Below, in pieces: positions 42,114-51,118 of a DNA stretch of 64,000 bases. Below the pieces are notes generated by a model, which made no database searches, had not been told where the DNA came from, and saw nothing but the letters and a program-made list of their open reading frames with translations. The position numbers were made by a program, and so were the translations under genes. The stretch is from Bythopirellula sp. (lineage in GTDB: Bacteria > Planctomycetota > Planctomycetia > Pirellulales > Lacipirellulaceae). Position 1 is the stretch's first letter; each line of letters opens with the position of its first letter. The stretch covers positions 4,320,001-4,384,000 of the forward strand of contig OZ244170.1 in assembly GCA_965216565.1 (NCBI GenBank). Reading direction: 5' to 3'.

Positions 42114-43787
42114 CTATCGCGAAGCTCGATTAAGTCGACTCTGACGAAAGTACTTCCAGCCCGGCAAGCAAAACGTCGCTGCGCTGACGAGTCCGTAGAG
42201 CGAGATGCCATAGGGCCATCCCGCGCGCTGCAGCCAGGCCATGATGGCAGCTGTGATAAAGAGAACGGTCGCGTGAATATAAAAGCTGCCAGCTAAGATT
42301 CCGGCTTTCACTACAAACACCATCCCGCTGATTAGACCCAGAACCGGAGAGAGTGTTAAGACCGGCAGGCCGAGCATTGATTCGACAACGAACAGCAGAA
42401 TCACGGCGACAATACTGCCTCCCCAAGCATGGGCAATCTCGCGCTCGACTGCCGTGACGGGCCCGCCCCTATGTCTAAGTGCCCAGAAGGCGGGTGCCCA
42501 AACGGCCAGGCTACCACCCCACAACAGCAAGTAGGGCCACGGCTGCGCCATCACTTGCCAATCTTGGCCCATCAAGTGGAACCAGTTGGTTACTAGGCAA
42601 ATCCCCAAGAGGACCGCCGCATGCCACATCCAGAGCACGCCCCAATTTTCTAAGACTGTGGCATGATGCGTCTCGCGAAATACGCGGGCGACAACGTCGG
42701 AGATATGGCCGCTGCGGGCGGAGATCGCCTCATTCGTAAGAAACGCATCCAAATCATCCGCCAAGGCGGCTGCAGAACTATAGCGAAGGTCGATCGGCTT
42801 CTGCAGAGACTTGAGAACGATCAGTTCCAAGTCGCGGCTCATCTTGGTATTCAACAGGCGTGGCGGCAATGGATCTTGCTCCAGAACCATCAGCACCGTA
42901 TCGACTGGTGAGGAACTCTGAAACGGCGGCCGACCGGTAACAAGCGCATAGAGAATCGCCCCTAGGCTATACACATCCGATACGGGACCCACATTGCCGC
43001 GTCCCCCACTTGCTTGCTCAGGAGACATATACGAAGGTGTTCCCAGTATGGCGCCAGTATCAGTGAGCGAATCGCTGGAATCAACTTGCTTGGCCAGGCC
43101 GAAGTCAGAGACGTGTGGGACCCCCTGCACGTCGAGGAGTATGTTTGCTGGCTTTAAGTCTCGGTGAATTACCCCTTGCTGATGAGCATAGTGGATCGCA
43201 CGAGCGATAGTCATCACTAGCTGCGCCGCATCACGTTCCGACATGGGACCCTTCGCGATGTCTTTGGTGAGGTCGTGACCCTCGACCAACTTCATCCCGT
43301 AGTACTGCCAATTCGATTCGATGCCAAACTCGTAAATCGGTACGATATTGGGGTGATCGAGCTGTGCTGCCGCTGCCACCTCAGATTGAAATCGCTGTTG
43401 GTCGGCGTCTGAAGCCTTTGCGCCATGCAAAATCAATTTCACGGCAACATCGCGTTTTAAACTTCGCTGCCGAGCCCTGTAGATGATACCCATCCCTCCC
43501 CGGCCGATTTCTTCTTGAAGCAGATAGTCGCCTAGCTCGTCGGGCGGATTGAGAGATTCGCGCGGTGTCACTTGGCTAGGGATCGTGGTAGTTCCCTGAG
43601 AAAATCCTGCAACTGCATCTACTACCATGACGGCACCCCATAGTTCGCGCAGCTCCTGTGCGAGGTGTGGATGCCGTGAGGCGAGTTCATCGAGCGAAGG
43701 CCTCTCTTCCACAGAGGAGTCAGTGAGACCTTGGAGAATTTCCGCTAACTCGCGGTCGTGCTCTTCTGGATTCTGCAGATCGGTCAT
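42114..43787 (-). CDS. Hanks-type Ser/Thr protein kinase with C-terminal multi-TM domain
   Basis: IGRGGMG, VAVK, HRDLKPAN, DFGL, GTPSYMSPEQ and DVYSLG motifs; about 6 TM helices at the C-terminus. Confidence 0.95.
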   Translation of the reverse strand: MTDLQNPEEHDRELAEILQGLTDSSVEERPSLDELASRHPHLAQELRELWGAVMVVDAVAGFSQGTTTIPSQVTPRESLNPPDELGDYLLQEEIGRGGMGIIYRARQRSLKRDVAVKLILHGAKASDADQQRFQSEVAAAAQLDHPNIVPIYEFGIESNWQYYGMKLVEGHDLTKDIAKGPMSERDAAQLVMTIARAIHYAHQQGVIHRDLKPANILLDVQGVPHVSDFGLAKQVDSSDSLTDTGAILGTPSYMSPEQASGGRGNVGPVSDVYSLGAILYALVTGRPPFQSSSPVDTVLMVLEQDPLPPRLLNTKMSRDLELIVLKSLQKPIDLRYSSAAALADDLDAFLTNEAISARSGHISDVVARVFRETHHATVLENWGVLWMWHAAVLLGICLVTNWFHLMGQDWQVMAQPWPYLLLWGGSLAVWAPAFWALRHRGGPVTAVEREIAHAWGGSIVAVILLFVVESMLGLPVLTLSPVLGLISGMVFVVKAGILAGSFYIHATVLFITAAIMAWLQRAGWPYGISLYGLVSAATFCLPGWKYFRQSRLNRASR

Positions 43788-43801
43788 GGAGAGGGTTACT
43801 T

Positions 43802-44434
43802 TTATTCTGCAGAAGATTCTTCACTGTTGCCCAATAACTCACGAAGTCGTCGCATGGCACGTAGGTACCGCATGCTGGCGGCCTGTGGCGAAAGCTCCAA
43901 CGAAACGGCGGCTTCCTGATTCGTTAGGTGTTCGAAGTGCCGCATAATAACGATTTCTTGGTCGACGGGCTCCAACTGTTCGCAGGCCTGTTCGAAGCGG
44001 TGTTGCAATTCACGCCAAGTTGCTTCGGCAGCCGGGGTGAGCCCTCCATCATGCAATTGTCCCAGTAGATCGACGGTCGAACCGCTGCTGGCTGCGCTTA
44101 CCAAAGGTTGTTCGCGATCTATGCTGCGTCGCGCTGCTCCGCGATGTCGCCGATGAGCATCGATCAGCCGATCCTTAGCCATTTGTCTCAGCCAAAGATG
44201 AAAAGGCATGACTGGGTTTTCCAGATAGACCTCAAGGCGACGATGGGCTTCGATCATGACATCTTGCACAATGTCGCTAGCATCGACCCGGCGTTTCAGT
44301 ACCCGATCCATTCGCAAATCGATGAGTCGTCGAACCGAATCGCGATGGCGTTCTAATAGATCGTTCACTGCGCCTTCGTCACCCGTGCGGGCCTGCTCTA
44401 GCAGGATCTCGGTGTCTTGAGTTTCAGGCCACAT
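43802..44434 (-). CDS. ECF sigma-70 factor (planctomycete kinase-associated type)
   Basis: RRVDASDIVQ, LWLR..A, LIDAHRRH and a region-4 helix-turn-helix. Ends 14 bp upstream of the kinase start. Confidence 0.9.
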   Translation of the reverse strand: MWPETQDTEILLEQARTGDEGAVNDLLERHRDSVRRLIDLRMDRVLKRRVDASDIVQDVMIEAHRRLEVYLENPVMPFHLWLRQMAKDRLIDAHRRHRGAARRSIDREQPLVSAASSGSTVDLLGQLHDGGLTPAAEATWRELQHRFEQACEQLEPVDQEIVIMRHFEHLTNQEAAVSLELSPQAASMRYLRAMRRLRELLGNSEESSAE

Positions 44435-44790
44435 ATTGGGAATGTAAGACTGCAGATCTGAGATTGAGGAAGCGGGTAGATCGGTAGGAAGGTTGAAGCA
44501 CTCCTCCCATCAGCGATTCACTATCATCCATCTCACACCTTATTGTGCGTCGAGAAAATGCTGTCACACGGACAATGCTCGCAGTCGTGCAATCCAGCTT
44601 GATCCTTCCAGTATCCTCTGAGCAGTGCGGGAAGGCAACGCTAGCTCGTTCAATTTTGCCCTTGTGGCATTTCCGAGGGTTTTGCTACAAACCCGCCGCT
44701 TCTCGTAAGCCGAGTCTCTTCTACCAACTTTTCTTAGCGACTCCGGTGAGCAAATGTGCTCTTGGAGTGCGCGTGCGAGGACATGCCCCT

Positions 44791-46806
44791 ATGGCTGCGA
44801 ATCGATTGTGTCGGGTCAGCATTATTGCTGCCCTTGGCGTGTTATGCTGTGTACTGACATCTGGCGTTGCAACTGCTGAACCCCCCAAATTTCGCTCGGG
44901 AAAAGCCGGAAAACCGGCCAAAGTAAAACCGGCGAAACGGGTGAATTACACCGACTTGGCTGTTGGCAAAACGATCGACTCGATCACAAAGAGCCATTCG
45001 CCAAGTTTGGAGTTGCCCCCGGAGTTGAAAGCGGCAAAGCCATTGCAGAAAGCGCCAAAGTTCAAGGCGGGAGACTACCTGCAGCAGCCTGTGCGGCAAG
45101 CCATGCCGCGGGCAAATGTGACTAGTGGCAAGCTGTTGCTCAATTCCGATACCTCAGGTGGCGCTCCCGAGTACGCGATTGTTGATCGCTACGGTGCGAT
45201 CCTGCGATATGTCGCTGCAGACGAGCAAATCAATCTAGACGGTTATGTTGGCCAGACGGTTGAAGTTTTCGAAGACAACGGCAGCATCCTCTCGGCAGAC
45301 CAGATTGGCACTACCGTGGGAGTTCCTGGCGATGAGAATCTACAAACGGCCGCTTTTCAAGAAGAACTGACGACACCGACTCTGGCTGACGGTGAGGAGG
45401 GCAAGGAAGTCTTGATGCCCGAACCCGATCCGTCTTCCTATGGCGAGGGCGTTTACCATGACGACGGCGGTTTCCATGACGAGTTCGGAGAGTGCAGCGA
45501 CTGTGGTAGCTACACTTGTATGCAACGCAATGGTTGCTCGCCGGGCGCGCGAGGTATATTGTATGCCCGGGCTGAGTACCTCTCTTGGCGATTCCACGGA
45601 ATGAACATCCCAGCATTGGTGGTTGACGCCGAAGTTGTTGGCACCGATCCAAATACCGGACGTACACTCATCGATGCGGATTCTGTTCGAACAATCTACG
45701 GTGACGAAAATGTGCTGGAAGACGAGCGAGATGGAGTTCGCTTTACCGTTGGCATGTGGCTGGATGATTGTGGAACACTTGGGATCGAAGGCGACTTCAT
45801 AGGTTTTGATACAGTTCGCGATACGTTTGTGGGGGGCACGCGTGGAGATGGCGAACCGGGCGATTTGTTCATTTTCCGCCCCTTCTTCAATTCCTTCGAT
45901 GTCTTTGACGACGCCGATCCGAACCAGATTGTTCTGCCGCGGGGCCCGGCAGTAGAGGACGTAGATACCGATCTTTTGGACGGCTCGGTGACAGTACGGG
46001 TCCAAAGTACTTTTCGGACAGCCGGAATTCGTCTGCGACATGGCCTATGCTGCGTCCCAGGATGCGGCATGGGCTGTGGTGACTGTGTAGGCTGTGGCTC
46101 TGGAACTGGTTGCGGTTCGGGAGTTGGCCGCAGTGGGGGAGGACCTTTGGGTCGACTATGCGATCTCCTCAATTGTGGTACACGTCGCACCGACTTGTTG
46201 ACCGGTGTACGCTGGGCGCGCTTAAACGAGAGCCTCAGCGTGATGGAAGACTTGGTAGTCATCAACGAAGAGTTTGGAGCCGACGTCGGTACCGAGATCC
46301 TAGTCAACGACTACTTCGGGACGAGCAATGACTTTGTCGGCGGCGAAATTGGTTACACGACGGAATGGGAAAAGGAGCGCTGGTCTCTATCGATCCTGTC
46401 GAAATTGGCTCTAGGTAACAATCGCCAACGAGTACGCATCAGTGGATTCACACAAACGACACCGCCGGGATTGCCTTCGGACGAACCTGAACAAGGAGGC
46501 CTACTGGCACAGGTAACGAACATCGGAGAAGAAGAACGCGATGAGTTTAGCGTGATACCTGAGGTTGGATTTACTTTGGGCTACCAGCTCACGCGAAAGT
46601 TGCGATTGACTGGCGGTTATACGCTGCTTTATTGGAGCAACGTTGTTCGTCCGGGCGACCAAATAGATCCGGACATAAATTCCACTCTAATTCCTGGTAA
46701 CGATGCGGCAGTGGATCTTCGCCCTGGCGATCATCCGCGCCGCGACTTTGTGAGAACCGATTTTTGGGGACAAGGTGTAAACATTGGCGGCGAATACCGC
46801 TGGTGA
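44791..46806 (+). CDS. BBP7-like outer-membrane beta-barrel protein
   Basis: Signal peptide, ARAEYLSW, GVRFTVGMW, FGTSNDFVGGEIG and GGYTLLYWSNVVRPGDQID segments; terminal aromatic GGEYRW. Confidence 0.75.
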   Translation: MAANRLCRVSIIAALGVLCCVLTSGVATAEPPKFRSGKAGKPAKVKPAKRVNYTDLAVGKTIDSITKSHSPSLELPPELKAAKPLQKAPKFKAGDYLQQPVRQAMPRANVTSGKLLLNSDTSGGAPEYAIVDRYGAILRYVAADEQINLDGYVGQTVEVFEDNGSILSADQIGTTVGVPGDENLQTAAFQEELTTPTLADGEEGKEVLMPEPDPSSYGEGVYHDDGGFHDEFGECSDCGSYTCMQRNGCSPGARGILYARAEYLSWRFHGMNIPALVVDAEVVGTDPNTGRTLIDADSVRTIYGDENVLEDERDGVRFTVGMWLDDCGTLGIEGDFIGFDTVRDTFVGGTRGDGEPGDLFIFRPFFNSFDVFDDADPNQIVLPRGPAVEDVDTDLLDGSVTVRVQSTFRTAGIRLRHGLCCVPGCGMGCGDCVGCGSGTGCGSGVGRSGGGPLGRLCDLLNCGTRRTDLLTGVRWARLNESLSVMEDLVVINEEFGADVGTEILVNDYFGTSNDFVGGEIGYTTEWEKERWSLSILSKLALGNNRQRVRISGFTQTTPPGLPSDEPEQGGLLAQVTNIGEEERDEFSVIPEVGFTLGYQLTRKLRLTGGYTLLYWSNVVRPGDQIDPDINSTLIPGNDAAVDLRPGDHPRRDFVRTDFWGQGVNIGGEYRW

Positions 46807-46811
46807 ATCAA

Positions 46812-46909
46812 GTCGACTAGAGCTAAGAGACCAGAGGCTAGAGTAGGGTCCTGGCTTCGCACCTCACAAGCTATTGTCTCTGGACTCTCGTCTCTCAACA
46901 CTCGACTCT
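46812..46909. repeat. Degenerate heptamer repeats in inverted orientation
   Basis: GAG-rich arm AGAGACCAGAGGCTAGAG faces a CTC-rich arm CTCTGGACTCTCGTCTCTCAACACTCGACTC. Confidence 0.45.
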
Positions 46910-47054
46910 AAGCTGCTCTGCTAGCATTCCTCGCACAGATTACCGTCAATCTCGGGTAATCTGCAGCACCTCTATGCGCCGATACAACCACTACGATCGT
47001 CTGCGCTCGTAATGTGTATCCCGCTAGCAAAGTATTCTCTCTCGAGGTGTCGCG

Positions 47055-49700
47055 ATGTCCCGCTCCCAGAATCAACAGCCTATCAGCCAGTTGTCTTTTG
47101 AAACTCTCGAGCCTCGCCAGCTCTTGGCAGTCGATATGGCGCAGATCAGTGGCATTGTCACGATCGATCCACAAGGAGACAGCATTGCTAGTAACGATAG
47201 CGTGGTACCGGCGGCGACGGCCAGTTTATATCGCGACACAGGCAATGGAAGTCTTGATGGTGGCGATACTTTTATCAACTCCGTCTCCACGAATAGTTTG
47301 GGCGAATACAAATTCGATGGCTTGGGCGCTGGCAAGTATTTTGTGAAGATCGCGCTTCCTGCAGATATGCAGTTTGCTGCGGGCCAGGATGTGCAGGAAG
47401 TGGTGATTACCGTCGACGAGGCCGACGGCGTTGTGGGCCCCGCGATCGACGGTTTTACCTCTCTGCAAACCGTACAGGCCACGCCTCCGTTGCCGTCGAG
47501 TTCCCCTGATTCCCTACTCGACGGCAGTGTGCTGGGTGGTGAACGCGACATGTTTGTCGAACTCGCCAGCGCCGAGAATCCAGTTTCCTCTGTCTCTTTG
47601 GCTTCTAGCGGTGGCAAGCTGTACTTTGCCAGTGGCTCCGGGGTGACGGGAGTGGCCAAAGTAGTTTGGGACGGTGCCGACAATAATGGTGCTGCCGTGA
47701 ATCCTGTCGGCTTAGGCGGCATCGACCTGACGGAATCCAATGGTAACGAAATGACCGGCATCGCCCTCACCTCCGGTGCCGATCACCCCAACGCCGTGAT
47801 CAAAATGCGGATTTATACGGACGCGAACAACTGGTCAGAATTTACGACAACCGTTCCCGAGTCCGTGGGTGGAACGGCCAGCGGTCAGGCAGTGTTCAAC
47901 TTCGATGACGTTCCCACCGCCAGTTCCGGCAATGGAGCGAACTTCGAGAGTGTCGGCGCTCTCGAGCTTACCTTCGAGGGAGTTTCGGCAGTTGATGCCC
48001 AGGTAACTCTCATTGGCTTGGTCGGAGTAGCGAACAAGCGAGCCGATTTTGTTGCGGCACCAGTGCTAAGCTTGGGGAACCAAGTATGGGCCGATCGCGA
48101 TGACGATGGAATCTTCGATGCGGGGGAAACAGGAATCTCCGGCGTGCAGCTGAATCTCTACAGGGATACGAACGGTGACAATGCCTACACTCAGGGGGTC
48201 GATGAGTTTCTAAACTCGACTACTACGGGTGCTGGGGGCGACTATTTGTTCACAGATCTATTCCCGGGCAAGTACGTAGTGCAGGTTGATCCTGTGAACT
48301 TCCAAGTCACGCAACCACTGTTTGGGTTGAAATCTAGCTCTGGAAACGACCCTGCGTCCGACCCGGATGATAACGTCAATAACGACGACAATGGTACTGC
48401 TCAGGCGGGAGCGGGCGTTGTAAGCCAGGCTGTGATGCTCAGCGGTGGAGCAGAGCCTGCCGACGATGGCGACTCCAATACCAATTCAAATCTGGCGGTC
48501 GACTTCGGCTTCTTTGGGTTCGATCTGGTGCTTGATAAGTCTGTAGAGCAAACAGTCTTGTCGCCGCAAGAAACGGTGGAATACAAAGTCAAAATCAATA
48601 ACGATGGGCCTTCGGCTGCAGAAAACACGAGCTTCACTGACACGCTGCCCAGCCACGTGACTTTTGTGTCTGGCTCGACAAGTCTGAATGGGGTCGGAGT
48701 GCAACACTCGGGTGGCGTGGTCACGGCGAGCTTGGGAACCATGCAGCCGGGCGATGTGATCATCGTCACAATATTGGCAACAGTCAACGACGATGCCACA
48801 GGTACGTTGATCAATACAGCCACCGTCTCGGCACCCAAGGAGGTGAACCTTTCCAACAACACCGACTCGGTGCAGAACACCATCGAGCCAAAGATCGATC
48901 TGGCCATCACCAAAAAAGATAGCCGCGATCCCGTGGAGCCGGGCAGCACATTCAGCTACACGCTCGACATTATCAACAATGGACCATCTGATGCAACTGG
49001 CGTAGTGGTGACCGACAATCTTCCGGATGATGGGGTCACATTTGAAGATGCGTCACGCAACTTCGACAGCTTCGATGGTGATGAACTGACCTTCAACATA
49101 GGCGATTTGGCCAAAGGCGAGTCGACATCGATCACAATCACCGTCCGCGTGGACAACGATTTTGTCGGCAAGCTCATCAATCATACAGAGGTTTCGGGGA
49201 ACGAAACTGAAATCACCTTGGATAACAACCGAGACTCCGAACCCACCGAGGTGAAGCTAGACCCGGCCAGCTTGGGAGGGACGGTGTTTGTCGATCGCAA
49301 CGACAATGGCAATTTCGACTCAGGCGAGAGGACCCTGTCCAACGTGCTAGTCACGCTCAAGGGCGTTGATATCAATGGCCAGACTGTCGTGAAGACGACC
49401 AGGACCAATTTCCAGGGCGATTATCTATTCGACAATCTGACTCCCGGCAGCTATCGTGTCGAGGAAACTCAACCGACTCGCTACCGCGATGGTAAAGACC
49501 ATGTCGGCTCGCTAGGCGGAGCCACGGGCAATAACCCGGGTGGACTGCTGATTCCCAACGATGTCGATCGAGGGCAGCTCGACGACCTGCTGTTCGGCAT
49601 CCAGCTAAGTAGTGGCGACGTGGGTGTCGACTACGACTTTGGCGAGCAGGCTGTATCTATCAGCAAGCAGCAGTTCCTCCGCTCGCTCAATTGGATGTAG
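47055..49700 (+). CDS. SdrD-B/DUF11 repeat surface protein with planctomycete extracellular N-terminal motif
   Basis: FETLEPRQLLA motif, SdrD-B-like repeats (LGNQVWADRDDDG, LGGTVFVDRNDNG) and DUF11 repeats (DLVLDK...NDGPSAA, DLAITK...NNGPSDATGVVVTDNLP). Confidence 0.85.
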   Translation: MSRSQNQQPISQLSFETLEPRQLLAVDMAQISGIVTIDPQGDSIASNDSVVPAATASLYRDTGNGSLDGGDTFINSVSTNSLGEYKFDGLGAGKYFVKIALPADMQFAAGQDVQEVVITVDEADGVVGPAIDGFTSLQTVQATPPLPSSSPDSLLDGSVLGGERDMFVELASAENPVSSVSLASSGGKLYFASGSGVTGVAKVVWDGADNNGAAVNPVGLGGIDLTESNGNEMTGIALTSGADHPNAVIKMRIYTDANNWSEFTTTVPESVGGTASGQAVFNFDDVPTASSGNGANFESVGALELTFEGVSAVDAQVTLIGLVGVANKRADFVAAPVLSLGNQVWADRDDDGIFDAGETGISGVQLNLYRDTNGDNAYTQGVDEFLNSTTTGAGGDYLFTDLFPGKYVVQVDPVNFQVTQPLFGLKSSSGNDPASDPDDNVNNDDNGTAQAGAGVVSQAVMLSGGAEPADDGDSNTNSNLAVDFGFFGFDLVLDKSVEQTVLSPQETVEYKVKINNDGPSAAENTSFTDTLPSHVTFVSGSTSLNGVGVQHSGGVVTASLGTMQPGDVIIVTILATVNDDATGTLINTATVSAPKEVNLSNNTDSVQNTIEPKIDLAITKKDSRDPVEPGSTFSYTLDIINNGPSDATGVVVTDNLPDDGVTFEDASRNFDSFDGDELTFNIGDLAKGESTSITITVRVDNDFVGKLINHTEVSGNETEITLDNNRDSEPTEVKLDPASLGGTVFVDRNDNGNFDSGERTLSNVLVTLKGVDINGQTVVKTTRTNFQGDYLFDNLTPGSYRVEETQPTRYRDGKDHVGSLGGATGNNPGGLLIPNDVDRGQLDDLLFGIQLSSGDVGVDYDFGEQAVSISKQQFLRSLNWM

Positions 49701-49763
49701 GCCCCCGCATCACCAGCTACATTCTGCGAGCTAGACGCTGATTGCTGGCTTAGACTACATGTT

Positions 49764-49803
49764 GCAGAAAGGCCACGTGCGACTCCGTGCGTGGCCTTTC
49801 TGC
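49764..49803. terminator. Perfect 14-bp hairpin downstream of the SdrD/DUF11 gene (terminator or REP-like)
   Basis: GCAGAAAGGCCACG-N12-CGTGGCCTTTCTGC; no long U-tract follows. Confidence 0.5.
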
Positions 49804-50086
49804 TGCGCTCGTAGTTTCTCTTCAACATCCTAATATCTCGGTAGTTTGCTCAGCGCATCATCCGGTGAATTCAGGGTTTTCTTCAGGCTCGGCCCTGATT
49901 TCTGAACTAGGGTTTAGTAGGTCAATCGTGAGGCGCGAAATCGGCGCTAGCGATACCTAAGAAGCCTAAACAAATACTTTTCCCTATTTCCTTAGACTCG
50001 TTCGAGTGTTCTTCATTCCAAAGACTCGGACACGTAAACAGCTGATTCACTAAGTGAGTCGAAACGGGCTGGGAGTTTGCAGCACT

Positions 50087-50557
50087 ATGCAGGACCAACG
50101 GAAACAAAATAAGCGTCGCGGTACGACAACCGTCGAAGCCGCTCTAGTTTTGCCGGTATTCCTCACGTTCATATTTGCCATCGTGGAATTCGGCCATACT
50201 CAGTTGGTCAACAACATGCTCAATACTGCTTGTCGAACAGCCGCACGCGTCGGTGCGGTGGAAGGAACTACCACAGCAGATATCGAAAACGAGGTGCTCC
50301 GTATTCTTGGCAGTGCTTTCCCTACGGAAAGTGTTGAAATCTTCGTGAAGGACGCCAGCGTATTCGACGGGGGCGGCGACCCACCTAGTTCTGGCGAGGA
50401 AGTAGAGTCGCTTGGTGACTTGAATGTTGCCGATGCCGAGCCACGTCAGCTATTCGTAGTGCGAGCCAAGGTGCCTTACAACGACATCGCTCTACTCCCC
50501 AATAGCATCATGGATAGTGTCATCCTGCAAAGTCAATCTTTCATGCGTCACGAGTAA
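50087..50557 (+). CDS. TadE-like pseudopilin
   Basis: RRGTTTVEAALVLP..IVEFG and ACRTAARVG motifs. Confidence 0.88.
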   Translation: MQDQRKQNKRRGTTTVEAALVLPVFLTFIFAIVEFGHTQLVNNMLNTACRTAARVGAVEGTTTADIENEVLRILGSAFPTESVEIFVKDASVFDGGGDPPSSGEEVESLGDLNVADAEPRQLFVVRAKVPYNDIALLPNSIMDSVILQSQSFMRHE

Positions 50558-50585
50558 TCGTGTTTGTTGATAGGGAGGAAGCCAA

Positions 50586-51068
50586 ATGATTTTTCGAAGA
50601 AGTGCCAGAAACCAGCAGACTCGCCGGGCCGCGGTAGCGGTCGAGTTTGCCATTATGGCCCCGATGCTGCTGTCGATTGTGGTTGGTTTGATCGAAGTAA
50701 ATCGTGCCTACGACGCACAGAATTTGCTGCAAACCGCTGCTCGCGAAGGAGCTCGGTTTGCCTCCATGGATCGCACCGACATGATGCAAGAAGGTGAATC
50801 GACTAACGCCAAGTTGGTAAACGACGTCACCAATTTCTTGAATTCTTCGGGTTTGCCTGGCGACTCGATTCAAGTTGAGATTCTTGATGCCACGGACCCT
50901 ACACAGCCCTTTGATCTCGACAATCCTGACAATGATTTGGGTTTGTTCATAGTCGAAATTAGCATGATGTTTTCAGACGTCAGCTACACACCAGTCAGCG
51001 GTGCCTACGACTATCAAATGACCGCCGACATAGTTTTCCGAAACGGACGAGCGACTCTGTCTCAATAG
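50586..51068 (+). CDS. TadE-like pseudopilin
   Basis: RRAAVAVEFAIMAP..GLIE and AAREGAR motifs. Confidence 0.88.
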   Translation: MIFRRSARNQQTRRAAVAVEFAIMAPMLLSIVVGLIEVNRAYDAQNLLQTAAREGARFASMDRTDMMQEGESTNAKLVNDVTNFLNSSGLPGDSIQVEILDATDPTQPFDLDNPDNDLGLFIVEISMMFSDVSYTPVSGAYDYQMTADIVFRNGRATLSQ

Positions 51069-51118
51069 TCTAAGCAAGCAACCTAACTATCAATAAGAAT
51101 CTTCTGGGAGGCGATACG

